64,000 nucleotides of DNA from Desulfosudaceae bacterium (GTDB lineage Bacteria; Desulfobacterota; Desulfobacteria; Desulfobacterales; Desulfosudaceae), in NCBI GenBank assembly GCA_963674745.2, contig CAXXDV010000003.1, positions 1,856,001 through 1,920,000 on the forward strand, read 5' to 3'. Under the pieces are notes generated by a model that was not told the DNA's origin, did no database searches, and was given only the letters and a program-made list of their open reading frames with translations. Shown here one piece after another: positions 15,476 to 24,811 of this stretch (positions within the stretch are counted from its first letter, which is position 1; every line of letters begins with the position of its first letter). The position numbers and the translations under genes were made by a program.

Positions 15476-16537
15476 ATGCGCTTTATTCCACGCACCTCAA
15501 AAAAACCGGGCATGTCACCGGGCACCCTGGTCCATGTCGGTGAAAAGCGGGCCGAAACGATCAACATCACCCGTATCGAATATAACCAGTCTGGAATTTC
15601 GGAACAGAAACTCAACGACATTTCGGAACTGGTGCCCGTTGAAAAAGACAGTGATGTCGTCACCTGGGTCAACATTGACGGTCTTCATGACTTGTCCCTG
15701 ATGGAAACCATCGGCAATCTCTTCGGTATCCATTCCCTGGTAATGGAAGATATCGTCAATACCACCCAGCGTCCCAAAATTGAAGATTTTGAGGATTACC
15801 TGTTTATAACCCTTAAAATGTTTTATCTTGATGATTCCGATCAGATTGAAGCCGAACAGATCAGCATAATTCTCGGCAGGAATTATGTCCTCTCGTTTAC
15901 CGAGAACACCAGGGACTCTCTGAATATGATAAAAGACCGGTTGCGCAAGGGCAAAGGCAAGATCCGCAAAAGCGGGGGAGATTACCTGACTTATGCCCTG
16001 CTCGATGTAGTGGTTGACAATTATTTTATCGCTCTGGATTATTACAACAAAACAATCGATTCACTGGAAGATGAAATTATCGAAACGCCACAACCGGAAA
16101 CCCTTCAATCCATTCATGCCGCCAAAAGAGAACTGATTTTCTTTCACCGCCAGATATGGCCGTTACGTGAAATTATGGGGCAACTGAAAAAAGGCGACCT
16201 CCCCCCGGTTCAGGCAACCACTCAAATCTACCTGGCGGATGTATATGACCACTTAACTCAGGTACTTGAAACAACCGAATCCTTCAGAGACATCTTGAGC
16301 GGATTGCAGGATCTTTATCTTTCCAACATCAGCTATAAAATGAACGAGGTGATGAAGGTGCTGACCATTATCGCCACCATCTTCATTCCCCTGACCTTTA
16401 TCGCCGGCGTCTACGGCATGAACTTCAATTATATGCCTGAACTTAAGTGGCACTGGGCTTATTTCACGGTCTGGGGCGTAATGATCGCCATCGGCGGCGG
16501 CCTGCTCTATTATTTCAGGAAAAAACGATGGCTCTGA
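15476..16537 (+). CDS. corA: Magnesium/cobalt transporter CorA
   Basis: QRPKIE and PLTFIAGVYGMNF...MPEL motifs. Confidence 0.95.
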   Translation: MRFIPRTSKKPGMSPGTLVHVGEKRAETINITRIEYNQSGISEQKLNDISELVPVEKDSDVVTWVNIDGLHDLSLMETIGNLFGIHSLVMEDIVNTTQRPKIEDFEDYLFITLKMFYLDDSDQIEAEQISIILGRNYVLSFTENTRDSLNMIKDRLRKGKGKIRKSGGDYLTYALLDVVVDNYFIALDYYNKTIDSLEDEIIETPQPETLQSIHAAKRELIFFHRQIWPLREIMGQLKKGDLPPVQATTQIYLADVYDHLTQVLETTESFRDILSGLQDLYLSNISYKMNEVMKVLTIIATIFIPLTFIAGVYGMNFNYMPELKWHWAYFTVWGVMIAIGGGLLYYFRKKRWL

Positions 16538-16718
16538 ATTTAAAATTCTAAAATTCTTATTTTGAATAATAATTATAGGCTTCATTTTCAAATCAGCAAC
16601 GGGTTCTGGTTTTGGTTTGATCATACGTTTTTTCCGGAATAATGGAATATTGGGATAAGCCGAAAAAGTTCTAAGCACATGTACGTCCGCTATGACAGGA
16701 GTTTATCAACATATGGTT

Positions 16719-17954
16719 TTATTCAAGCGCTGCCTCAGAAAACCAGTAATAATACATCAGAAAAACTAATCCTATTCCAATCAGCATGGAGGGAGAAAAC
16801 AAATAGATCAGTAAACTGAGAAAAGACATATCCACGTATTTGAAAAAATCATATATAAACAAATAATGTACACCAAGTAGTAAAATGGCATAAATCGTAT
16901 ACTTTCCAATTTTTTTCATTTCCATAAGCACTGGAAGCAACGGAAAAAGAAGCGTCCCAAAATCATATCTGAACACAAAAACCAATATGATCAGTAATAA
17001 TGTTGCAAATATTTTTAGATAGTATTCTTTTTCTTTGTATTTATGGGTAACAATTATGATTCTGAGGCATAAAATCAATGACAAAATGGTATATATTACA
17101 CCGATCACGGCGCCATACAGGTTGAGATGGGAGGCGGGAATAATTCTTTTGACATACAATTTTAGTGGAAAATCAGACAATCCTGAATAAATATACGCCG
17201 CTCTATCCGAGGCTTCTAACAAATTAATTTTTCGATTCGCATAATCGATCAAAATAGCATCAATCATATCAAAGTGTGTTTTAATGCCAAAGATCAGTAA
17301 GGAGGAGACCAAGAACAGAAGAGCAAATGCTGTTGAATATAAAAAAAGTTTATATTTTCTGGCGATAAGCGGTGCTACCATAAGCGGTATTAAGAATATC
17401 TTGAAGGTAACAGCAAGGCTTAAAAAAAACGCACATAAAACAAATTTTGAATTTTTATAAAAAAAGACGGACAGCAACAAACAAAACATGACTTCAACAT
17501 ATACATTCAGCAAATATAGCTGAGAGACAAAAAAAGTAACGGTAAAACAAAGAATCGGTAATATTATATCTTTATAAGGCAGCTTTGATCGATACGAGTG
17601 GTGGCATAAAAGCCGAATCGAGATTACATATATAACTATTATTATGATAAGTTTGATAATTTTTGCCGGTAATAGTGGAAGAAAGGCATAAGGAAGGCAA
17701 AGGAAGCTCATAAAAGGGGTGTTAAAAAACCGATTAAAAGAGGAGTTATAAAGGACGCTTGTTTTTATGAAACGCACCATATCCAAATATAAAACTAAAA
17801 AATCAACGCCCAGGCATTGATTTAATCCCCAACCAGCAGCTGTGGCTTCCAGGTACAATCCATAAGCGGTGTAAGCCACGCTGAAAAGAGACAAAGAAAG
17901 AATTCCCATGACTACTAAATTATAACGGCGTAAAAAAAGCTTTTTCATAAACAT
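16719..17954 (-). CDS. Polytopic membrane protein, probably glycosyltransferase family 87 (GT-C/DUF2029-like)
   Basis: Many hydrophobic helices; GVDFLVLY, FFNTPF..FLCLPYAFLP and LAVTFKIF resemble GT87. Markedly AT-rich compared with its neighbours. Confidence 0.6.
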   Translation of the reverse strand: MFMKKLFLRRYNLVVMGILSLSLFSVAYTAYGLYLEATAAGWGLNQCLGVDFLVLYLDMVRFIKTSVLYNSSFNRFFNTPFMSFLCLPYAFLPLLPAKIIKLIIIIVIYVISIRLLCHHSYRSKLPYKDIILPILCFTVTFFVSQLYLLNVYVEVMFCLLLSVFFYKNSKFVLCAFFLSLAVTFKIFLIPLMVAPLIARKYKLFLYSTAFALLFLVSSLLIFGIKTHFDMIDAILIDYANRKINLLEASDRAAYIYSGLSDFPLKLYVKRIIPASHLNLYGAVIGVIYTILSLILCLRIIIVTHKYKEKEYYLKIFATLLLIILVFVFRYDFGTLLFPLLPVLMEMKKIGKYTIYAILLLGVHYLFIYDFFKYVDMSFLSLLIYLFSPSMLIGIGLVFLMYYYWFSEAALE

Positions 17955-18391
17955 TTTTTCCAGATAAAATAGTAGCCTTTAAATGTAAAACATAGTTGAT
18001 GAGAAAGGGTTATCATCAATGTCCCTGCCGTAAATCTTGATCCATTTTTTTTCCTATAGACGTTTTTTAATTTAAGAGATCAGGGGAATTTGTTTTGCCA
18101 TATTTCGGACATGTTGTTTTTCATTCCTTTCTCTTTCTTGAAATTCTGGTTGTCCACAATAATTCTAGTGACGCCACCCGCGATATCGCCCTAAAGGCGG
18201 GGCGGGGTGCCCGGGTCGTGCCCGAAACCCGCCAGGGCTATGGATGACTATTATTTTAAAACGCAGATTTCAATATCATGTACGATAAAATAAGAATGCC
18301 CTCTGGAATTGATTAGTATGTATGCATACTTGATGCGGAAACGTCTTTTCAAAAGGCCCTGGTCGATATTTATTCTGACTGGGAAACAGAC

Positions 18392-19339
18392 TTAAAATAG
18401 TGTTCCCAGAGCTGCCGCAACCATCGAAATGACAGCCGACAGCATCATCAGACGGCATGCTTTTTCGATATGCAGGGGCCGCACTTTCGCCATTCCCTGA
18501 CCGATATAGGGTTTTTCCACCAGCCGGCCGAAATAGAAGTTCGGCCCCCCCAGGCAAACGGAAAGCCCGCCGGCAAAGGCCGCTTCGGGATAACCGGCAT
18601 TGGGGCTGCTGTGATTGCGCCCCTGCCTGACCGCCGTTGAACAGGCGGGTTTTCCGGTTCGAAACAATATAAAAGCGGCCAGAGAAATGATCAGCACGGA
18701 AATCCGGGCAGGAATAAAATTGGCCACATCATCAATTCTGGCGGCGGCTTTGCCGAAGTCCACGTAGCGCTCATTTTTATAGCCCACCATAGAGTCCAGC
18801 GTGTTCACCATCTTAAACGCCAGGGCCAGTGGCGCTCCGCCGATGACCGCGAAAAAAAGCGGTGAGATTACGCCGTCCACCAGGTTCTCCGCCACGGTTT
18901 CCACTGCGGCCCTTGAAATACCGGACGCGTCAAGGGCATCCACATCCCGGCCGACAATCATGGACAGATTGTTTTTGGCCTCTTCCAGGCGTTTTTTTGC
19001 CAAACAGTTCCGGATACCAAGCGCTTCTTTTTCCAGACACCTGGCGGAAATACAAAAATAAATTATGATAATGTTGACCACTCCGGCCAGTACGGGAGAT
19101 ATGGCCGCGGCCAGCAGCACAATTACCACGGCCACGACCCAGGTGCCCAGGATCAGGCTGACGGCGAACAGGAGTCCGGAAAAAAACAGAGGCGTGGATA
19201 AGTGTCGGAAAAGCGATTCGGTAAGCAACACCACCCTGCCCAGCAACCGGATGGGATGGAGCGAAAAGTTCGGGTCACCCAGAAAATAGTCCAGAGCAAA
19301 GGCTGCCGGAATGATGTACCAGGACAGTTCAAGTGTCAT
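18392..19339 (-). CDS. cbiB: Adenosylcobinamide-phosphate synthase CbiB
   Basis: GDP...HP, VGRD, ETVAENLVDG, NTLDSMVGY and SPNAGYPEAA motifs. Confidence 0.95.
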   Translation of the reverse strand: MTLELSWYIIPAAFALDYFLGDPNFSLHPIRLLGRVVLLTESLFRHLSTPLFFSGLLFAVSLILGTWVVAVVIVLLAAAISPVLAGVVNIIIIYFCISARCLEKEALGIRNCLAKKRLEEAKNNLSMIVGRDVDALDASGISRAAVETVAENLVDGVISPLFFAVIGGAPLALAFKMVNTLDSMVGYKNERYVDFGKAAARIDDVANFIPARISVLIISLAAFILFRTGKPACSTAVRQGRNHSSPNAGYPEAAFAGGLSVCLGGPNFYFGRLVEKPYIGQGMAKVRPLHIEKACRLMMLSAVISMVAAALGTLF

Positions 19340-19992
19340 CAGAACCCCAGATCTTCATTAATCAGCACGACTTTAATCCTGTTTTTGGGAAACGATTTTT
19401 CCGTAATCACCCAGGTGTTACATATCCGGTCCGGACTGGAACAATCCTGGCAGGCAAATGTTGCGGCACAGGGTGTTTTCTTGTCCAGCCGGCGGGTATT
19501 GACCGGTGCGGCATAATTCTTGATACGCTGGACAGCGGCATCCACATCAGCGACGATCTTGTTTCGACCGGCCAACACAATGACATGTTTCGGGCCAAAA
19601 GCCAGAGCCCCCACACGATTGCCGATCATATCCAGATTGACCAGTTTGCCGCTTTCGGTAATGGCGTTGGTGCCGGTAAAAAAAAGATCAGTCAACAAGG
19701 CCTGACGACGACGTTCCAGGCTGTCCTCCCGGGAGATCTCCTTATCATAGGTATCCAGAATTTTGATATCCGTGCGACTTTTGAGTTGATCATACAGGCC
19801 GGTGGATGTGAACGTCATCGACCCGCCCCAGGAGATACTGGCCGGTGACAGTGCCGGAATCAGGGTTTCTGTTACCAGGCCGGCGGCATCTTTGACATTC
19901 TGGACCAGATGGACTTCAAAATTGTTCGACATCAGGGTTTTCCTGACGGCACCAAGCCGGGTCTGCCAGTAATCATCAAAATAATTATCCAT
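19339..19992 (-). CDS. LUD-domain (lactate utilization-like) protein with C-terminal Cys cluster
   Basis: GGSMT, TGTNAIT..G.LVNLDMIGNRV, GRNKIV and PCAATFACQDC...RIC; 1-nt overlaps with both neighbours. Confidence 0.85.
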   Translation of the reverse strand: MDNYFDDYWQTRLGAVRKTLMSNNFEVHLVQNVKDAAGLVTETLIPALSPASISWGGSMTFTSTGLYDQLKSRTDIKILDTYDKEISREDSLERRRQALLTDLFFTGTNAITESGKLVNLDMIGNRVGALAFGPKHVIVLAGRNKIVADVDAAVQRIKNYAAPVNTRRLDKKTPCAATFACQDCSSPDRICNTWVITEKSFPKNRIKVVLINEDLGF

Positions 19993-21092
19993 TATTTCAG
20001 ATCCTTATTGTTAAAAAAACAAACCAATTTATTAACTAATGAGGCGTTTTCCGAATGTGTCTTCAATGAAAAACGGACGTATCTTGAAGACAACCCGTAG
20101 AAATTTTCACAGTTCCGGATCAATATCTTTTGACGGCCAAGGTAACGACAAATGTCCTCAGCCCCGTCCTCTTGTTCCAGCGATGCCAGCATAAACGAGG
20201 TAACCGAAGAAAACACGTTAATACCCGTTATCGCTCCTAAACGGCCTGACAAGAACACTTTTTCAGCATCCAGGGCATTGACGGTTTCCGTCACAAAACG
20301 GCTGACGGCATCTTTGTTTTTCATCAGCCAGGCCACCGCTGCCTGGGACAGGCTGTTGACGCTCCAGGGCAGGCTGTAACCGTTCAGCCGTTTAACCAAC
20401 GGACGGGATGTATATACAAAACCAATCCGCAGGCCCGGAATTTTAAACAGCTTGGACATGGAATTCAATACAATGATATTCTCCGGAGCGTTTTCATCCA
20501 TCAGGCTCAACGCCTGCCCCCCAGGGACAAACCCGAGATAGGACTCATCCACAATAAAACGCACCCCGGAATGGATATGGCAGAGATTAAGAATAACCTT
20601 TCGGGGCATCAGCACCCCGGTGGGGTTGTTGGGATTACAGATAAAAACCGTGTCCGCGCCGGACTTTGTGACGGATTCGGAGATCCGGTCCGGATCATGA
20701 GCAAAGCCGCCGGCTTCATCGGTTATCAGAAATTCATACCGGACATTGTTCATACGGCAGGCGTCGGCATAATCGGCGTAAGTCGGGCCCAGAATGAGCA
20801 CCCGGTTGCTTTGAAGCGCCCGCGGCAGACAGTAGATAAACTGGGTCGATCCGTTTCCGGCCAGAACACGCTCTGGGTCAACACCATAATGATCGGCAAA
20901 AGCGCTTCTGATTCGGCCGGCGTCAACTTCCGGCAGCGCTGTGGCCAGGTCAAGGTTTTCCGCCAGAAACGCTACCAGGCCCGGGGGTGGGCCGAAGGGA
21001 TTGACGTTACTGCTCATGTCGACAATATCCGACGGCGCGCAGCCAAGCGCCTGTGCCAGATCGTAAATATTACCGCCATGTCCCTGTATCAT
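19992..21092 (-). CDS. cobD: L-threonine-O-3-phosphate decarboxylase (PLP)
   Basis: GHGG, DMSSNVNPFGPP, CNPNNPTG, VDESY and SMSKLFKIPGLRIG; cob context; start probably ATG 21092. Confidence 0.88.
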   Translation of the reverse strand: MIQGHGGNIYDLAQALGCAPSDIVDMSSNVNPFGPPPGLVAFLAENLDLATALPEVDAGRIRSAFADHYGVDPERVLAGNGSTQFIYCLPRALQSNRVLILGPTYADYADACRMNNVRYEFLITDEAGGFAHDPDRISESVTKSGADTVFICNPNNPTGVLMPRKVILNLCHIHSGVRFIVDESYLGFVPGGQALSLMDENAPENIIVLNSMSKLFKIPGLRIGFVYTSRPLVKRLNGYSLPWSVNSLSQAAVAWLMKNKDAVSRFVTETVNALDAEKVFLSGRLGAITGINVFSSVTSFMLASLEQEDGAEDICRYLGRQKILIRNCENFYGLSSRYVRFSLKTHSENASLVNKLVCFFNNKDLK

Positions 21093-21117
21093 ATCTACTA
21101 CGACCCCCTGCCTGGTG

Positions 21118-21840
21118 TTACCACGCCGCAACGCCGAGAAAAAGCACCACCTCGGAAATCTCGATCATGGCGCCCAACATATCGCCGGTGATACACCCGA
21201 TTTTACGTTTATAAAACAGCAATATGGCCAATATGGTCAGCGCCGACAGGCCATTGACCACAAAGCAGCGCCAGCCGGTCAAAAGCGAAAACGCTGCCAG
21301 GAGCAGGCACCAGCGGCAATCATACCAGGAAAGGGGCTCGTCAAAAAACGCCCGGGCCGTACCCTCGTCCTGCCGCCCATAACCGAGATACATAAAACCG
21401 AACAGCACCCCTGCCCGGGCATAAGCCGGAACCAGCATCAACAGAACAAACCGGCATTGATCCAGGCTGAAGATGCCGGCCCATTTGGCCAGCAGACAGC
21501 AAACCACCGCCACCACACCGATGGCGCCGGTACGGCTGTCTTTCATGATCTCAAGGGCCCGTTCCCGGGTCTTGCCGCCGTACAAACCGTCAACCGTGTC
21601 GGCCAGACCGTCCAGGTGCAGCCCGCCGCTGACAATAGCGAGAAACACAACATCAAGGACCGCCACCGCCGGTGCCGGCCAGAGCTGCATGGCCAGAAAA
21701 TCAAAAACCGCCGTCATCAGGCCGATGATCAAGCCGGCCGTGGGTAGAGACGTGACCAGGCGCCTGGGAGCGAATTCTCCGTCGCCTGCCCCCAGGGGCA
21801 GAATGGTGAAAAACCGCAAAGCTGAAAGAACGTCCTTCAT
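21118..21840 (-). CDS. cobS: Adenosylcobinamide-GDP ribazoletransferase
   Basis: GGLHLDGLADTVDG, IMKDSRTGAIG and GCITGDMLGA motifs. Confidence 0.95.
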   Translation of the reverse strand: MKDVLSALRFFTILPLGAGDGEFAPRRLVTSLPTAGLIIGLMTAVFDFLAMQLWPAPAVAVLDVVFLAIVSGGLHLDGLADTVDGLYGGKTRERALEIMKDSRTGAIGVVAVVCCLLAKWAGIFSLDQCRFVLLMLVPAYARAGVLFGFMYLGYGRQDEGTARAFFDEPLSWYDCRWCLLLAAFSLLTGWRCFVVNGLSALTILAILLFYKRKIGCITGDMLGAMIEISEVVLFLGVAAW

Positions 21841-22370
21841 CGGCCGTCTCCCTTGATAACCACCGGTATACCGGAGACCATCCAGACGACCTTATCGGCG
21901 GTGGCGGCTGTTCGCTGATTGGCCATTCCGGCCATGTCCCGAAACAGGCGCGATATTCGATCAGCCGGTACAATACCGCAGCCGACTTCGTTGGTTACCA
22001 GGATGACACTGCCGGCAGCATTAACCAGGGCCTGTTGTAACTGATCGATATATTTTTCGATACCATCCTGCTGACAGGTTTTTCCGAGAATATTGTTCAT
22101 CCACAGGGTCAGGCAATCCACCAGCACAACGGTATCCTTTGCCGCGGCCTGCTGAATAACAGAACTGATATCCAGAGGACATTCGATGGTTTCCCATTCC
22201 GGTCCCCGGTCTTGCTGATGACGGTCTACCCGGTCCTGCATCTCTGCATCAGCCGGCACGCAGGTGGCCAGAAAACATCGGCGGGTGACGTCCATAGCGG
22301 CTGCCAGGGCCAGGGCGTGCGCGCTTTTACCGCTTCTGCAGCCGCCGCTGACCAGTATAATTTCCTTCAT
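21837..22370 (-). CDS. cobU: Adenosylcobinamide kinase/guanylyltransferase
   Basis: GGCRSGKS, EMQDRVDRH, VDCLTLW and NEVGCGIVP motifs. Confidence 0.95.
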   Translation of the reverse strand: MKEIILVSGGCRSGKSAHALALAAAMDVTRRCFLATCVPADAEMQDRVDRHQQDRGPEWETIECPLDISSVIQQAAAKDTVVLVDCLTLWMNNILGKTCQQDGIEKYIDQLQQALVNAAGSVILVTNEVGCGIVPADRISRLFRDMAGMANQRTAATADKVVWMVSGIPVVIKGDGR

Positions 22371-22444
22371 GGCTTTCCTTCTAACACATAAAACTTTAAC
22401 ACGCTAAAACCCTAGAGCCTATTCAAGGTAACCGGACGTGTTCG

Positions 22445-22492
22445 TAACCACATAACCACTTAAACACATAATCACTTAAACACATAATCGCC
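22445..22492. repeat. 8-bp tandem repeat TAAHCACW, 6 units (related TAAAACYY units at about 22382-22420)
   Basis: TAACCACA TAACCACT TAAACACA TAATCACT TAAACACA TAATCGCC. Confidence 0.85.
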
Positions 22493-22536
22493 TGAATTAG
22501 AAGACACCCCAAAAGCTAATGCATCAAATTAGAATT

Positions 22537-23583
22537 TTATTTATAACTATTTGATTTTAAAAAGCTCACATACCAACCCATGGAAACGGCCAACCCCTGG
22601 CGGATGTCATGGGTCGGGGCATAGCCCAGCCGGGTTCGGGCCTTTGAGATATCTGCCAGGGAATGGCGCACATCTCCCGGCCTGAAATCCCGGTATACCG
22701 GTTCACATTTCAGTATCCCGGGAAAACGGGCGCCGAGGTCTTCGCGCAGAAGCCCGAAAAGCGTGTTCAAGCTGGTACGCTCTCCAAAGGCGACATTGTA
22801 TACCTGGCTGGCCGCTTCGGGGTGGTCGGTCACGGCGGACAGCAGGTTGGCCTGAACAGCATTGTCGACATAGCAGAAATCGCGGCTGGTTTCACCATCA
22901 CCGTTGATGTAAATCGTCTGCCCGCGTAGCATGGCGCTTATCCACAGGGGAATGACCGCGGCATAAGCCCCTTCCGGATCCTGCCGGGGGCCGAACACAT
23001 TGAAGTAACGCAGGCCCACTGCCCGGGTACCATAGGTGTCGGCAAAAACATCGGCGTATATTTCATTGACCAGCTTGGTAACGGCATACGGCGACAGGGG
23101 TTTGCCGATATGTTCCTCTTTTTTGGGCAGATCCGGATGATCTCCATAGGTGGAACTGGAAGCCGCATAAACAAAGCGCCTGACCTTTTCATCCCGTGCC
23201 GCCACCAGCATGTTCAGAAAACCGGTGATATTGGCGGCATTGGTTAAAAGCGGGTTTTCAATGGAACGGGGCACAGACCCCAGCGCCCCCTGGTGAAGCA
23301 CAAAGTCAACGCCCCGGCAGGCTGTATGGCATATGTCCGGATCCCGGATATCGCCGTCAATCAGTGTAAATCGTTGCCATTGAAGGTCATCCACCAGGCC
23401 CCGGACTTCATCCAGGTTATGCCGGTAACCGGTGGCGAAATTATCCAGCCCGACCACCACCTGATCCAGCTTGAGCAACGTTTCCAGGATATTGGACCCG
23501 ATAAAACCGGCCACGCCGGTGACCAGCCAGGTGGCGGGCTCGGCCTTGAGCTGTTGTTTTAATGTTTCATAAGGTGTCGGCAT
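22537..23583 (-). CDS. UDP-N-acetylglucosamine(uronate) 4-epimerase, WbpP/TviC-like SDR
   Basis: [36 protein letters not shown] and LRYFNVFG motifs. Confidence 0.9.
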   Translation of the reverse strand: MPTPYETLKQQLKAEPATWLVTGVAGFIGSNILETLLKLDQVVVGLDNFATGYRHNLDEVRGLVDDLQWQRFTLIDGDIRDPDICHTACRGVDFVLHQGALGSVPRSIENPLLTNAANITGFLNMLVAARDEKVRRFVYAASSSTYGDHPDLPKKEEHIGKPLSPYAVTKLVNEIYADVFADTYGTRAVGLRYFNVFGPRQDPEGAYAAVIPLWISAMLRGQTIYINGDGETSRDFCYVDNAVQANLLSAVTDHPEAASQVYNVAFGERTSLNTLFGLLREDLGARFPGILKCEPVYRDFRPGDVRHSLADISKARTRLGYAPTHDIRQGLAVSMGWYVSFLKSNSYK

Positions 23584-23680
23584 AATAATTAATTTATATC
23601 GTTAAGGGGTTGCCTGTTTAAGTGTTGATAAATACGCCAATCAGCCCTGTTTTGCAAGGTCAGTTTTCAGCCGGTTGATA

Positions 23681-24184
23681 CTATCTTTCCAGGACCGTTA
23701 CACTTTCAATATTTGTAAACAGCCAGCCAGCCTCAACTTTTTCCAGGGAAAAAACCAGTTCGTGAATTTCCCGCACCGGATCACCGGCGTTGGCCTCGGC
23801 GCTGACAAAAGCGGTTACATCGACTTCGGCCAGGCCGTCCTGCGGGAATACGATATTAAAATCATAAAAATTAATGGACAGGTTTGTGTACCGTGACCGC
23901 GCCATCATCACATAGGGGTGGACATCCTTTCCGGAAAAGGTCCGGTCTACATCGTAACCCGGCAGATAGACCCGGCATTCCTCGGCAAACATATCGCCGA
24001 TATGCCTGGCTTTTGCGGCACTGACCAGATTGTTTTCCGGCGATTCTTTGGCCATCTGGTCGGCCAGATAGTGGAACCGCCTTTTGACAACGGCGGCATC
24101 ACTGTAATAATAAACGAAAAAACCGATAATACCCACCACCGCAATAACGGCGGCAACCGGAACGACTGTTTTTGACTTTACCAT
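23681..24184 (-). CDS. Hypothetical membrane-anchored protein (possible NTF2/SnoaL-like fold)
   Basis: N-terminal TM helix; overlaps lepB; C-terminal FSLEKVEAGWLF pattern. Confidence 0.6.
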   Translation of the reverse strand: MVKSKTVVPVAAVIAVVGIIGFFVYYYSDAAVVKRRFHYLADQMAKESPENNLVSAAKARHIGDMFAEECRVYLPGYDVDRTFSGKDVHPYVMMARSRYTNLSINFYDFNIVFPQDGLAEVDVTAFVSAEANAGDPVREIHELVFSLEKVEAGWLFTNIESVTVLER

Positions 24185-24675
24185 AACGGCACTCCTGTTA
24201 TCCGGCGGACCGGGGTTTGTCCGAATTGGTGCCTTTCCATGGGCACACTGCGGTTGTCTCCGACAACATAAACATGTCCGGGTTTCACCCGGCGGGGCTC
24301 AAGATCCCAGTCGCAGGGACCGCTCACGTAAGGCTCTTTAACCGGCGCCTGATTGACGAACAGGCGGCCGTTTCGGAAAGCCACCGTATCATCGGCCAGG
24401 GCGACAATTCTTTTTAACAGCATGACCCTGTTTCCGGCCAGGCGGATGGTCACCACGTCGTTTCGCTTTGGGCTGGAAAAAAGATAGGCCGGTGTAAAAC
24501 AGAAATTTATCCGCCCGTCCCGGTAGGTCGGCCACATGCTGTCGCCATCGATACGAAAAGGGATCAGCAGGTATTTAAAAACTATAAAAGCGGTGACCGT
24601 TACGATCAGGATGCGAACCAGGTATTTCCGGTTAATTTTCGGAAATAAAAATTTCTTTATTCTGTTTTCGGTCAT
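24178..24675 (-). CDS. lepB: Signal peptidase I
   Basis: IDGDSMWPT, LLKRIVA and VVGDNR motifs; start probably ATG 24675. Confidence 0.9.
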   Translation of the reverse strand: MTENRIKKFLFPKINRKYLVRILIVTVTAFIVFKYLLIPFRIDGDSMWPTYRDGRINFCFTPAYLFSSPKRNDVVTIRLAGNRVMLLKRIVALADDTVAFRNGRLFVNQAPVKEPYVSGPCDWDLEPRRVKPGHVYVVGDNRSVPMERHQFGQTPVRRITGVPLW

Positions 24676-24811
24676 TAACACTCTTTTAAAAAATTGGGGG
24701 ATGCGCTCCGGCACTTTCCGATTAAAAAACCGAAAAAACTTTGTATATAGCGTAAATATGGTACAATAAAAACAAGTCAGTCAATCTTTCTTTTTCAAGG
24801 AGGATCTCGAC

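Noticed and set aside
22371..22536. Cobalamin riboswitch upstream of cobU
   Set aside because: No B12-box or conserved GGGAA elements are seen; the space is filled by octamer repeats.
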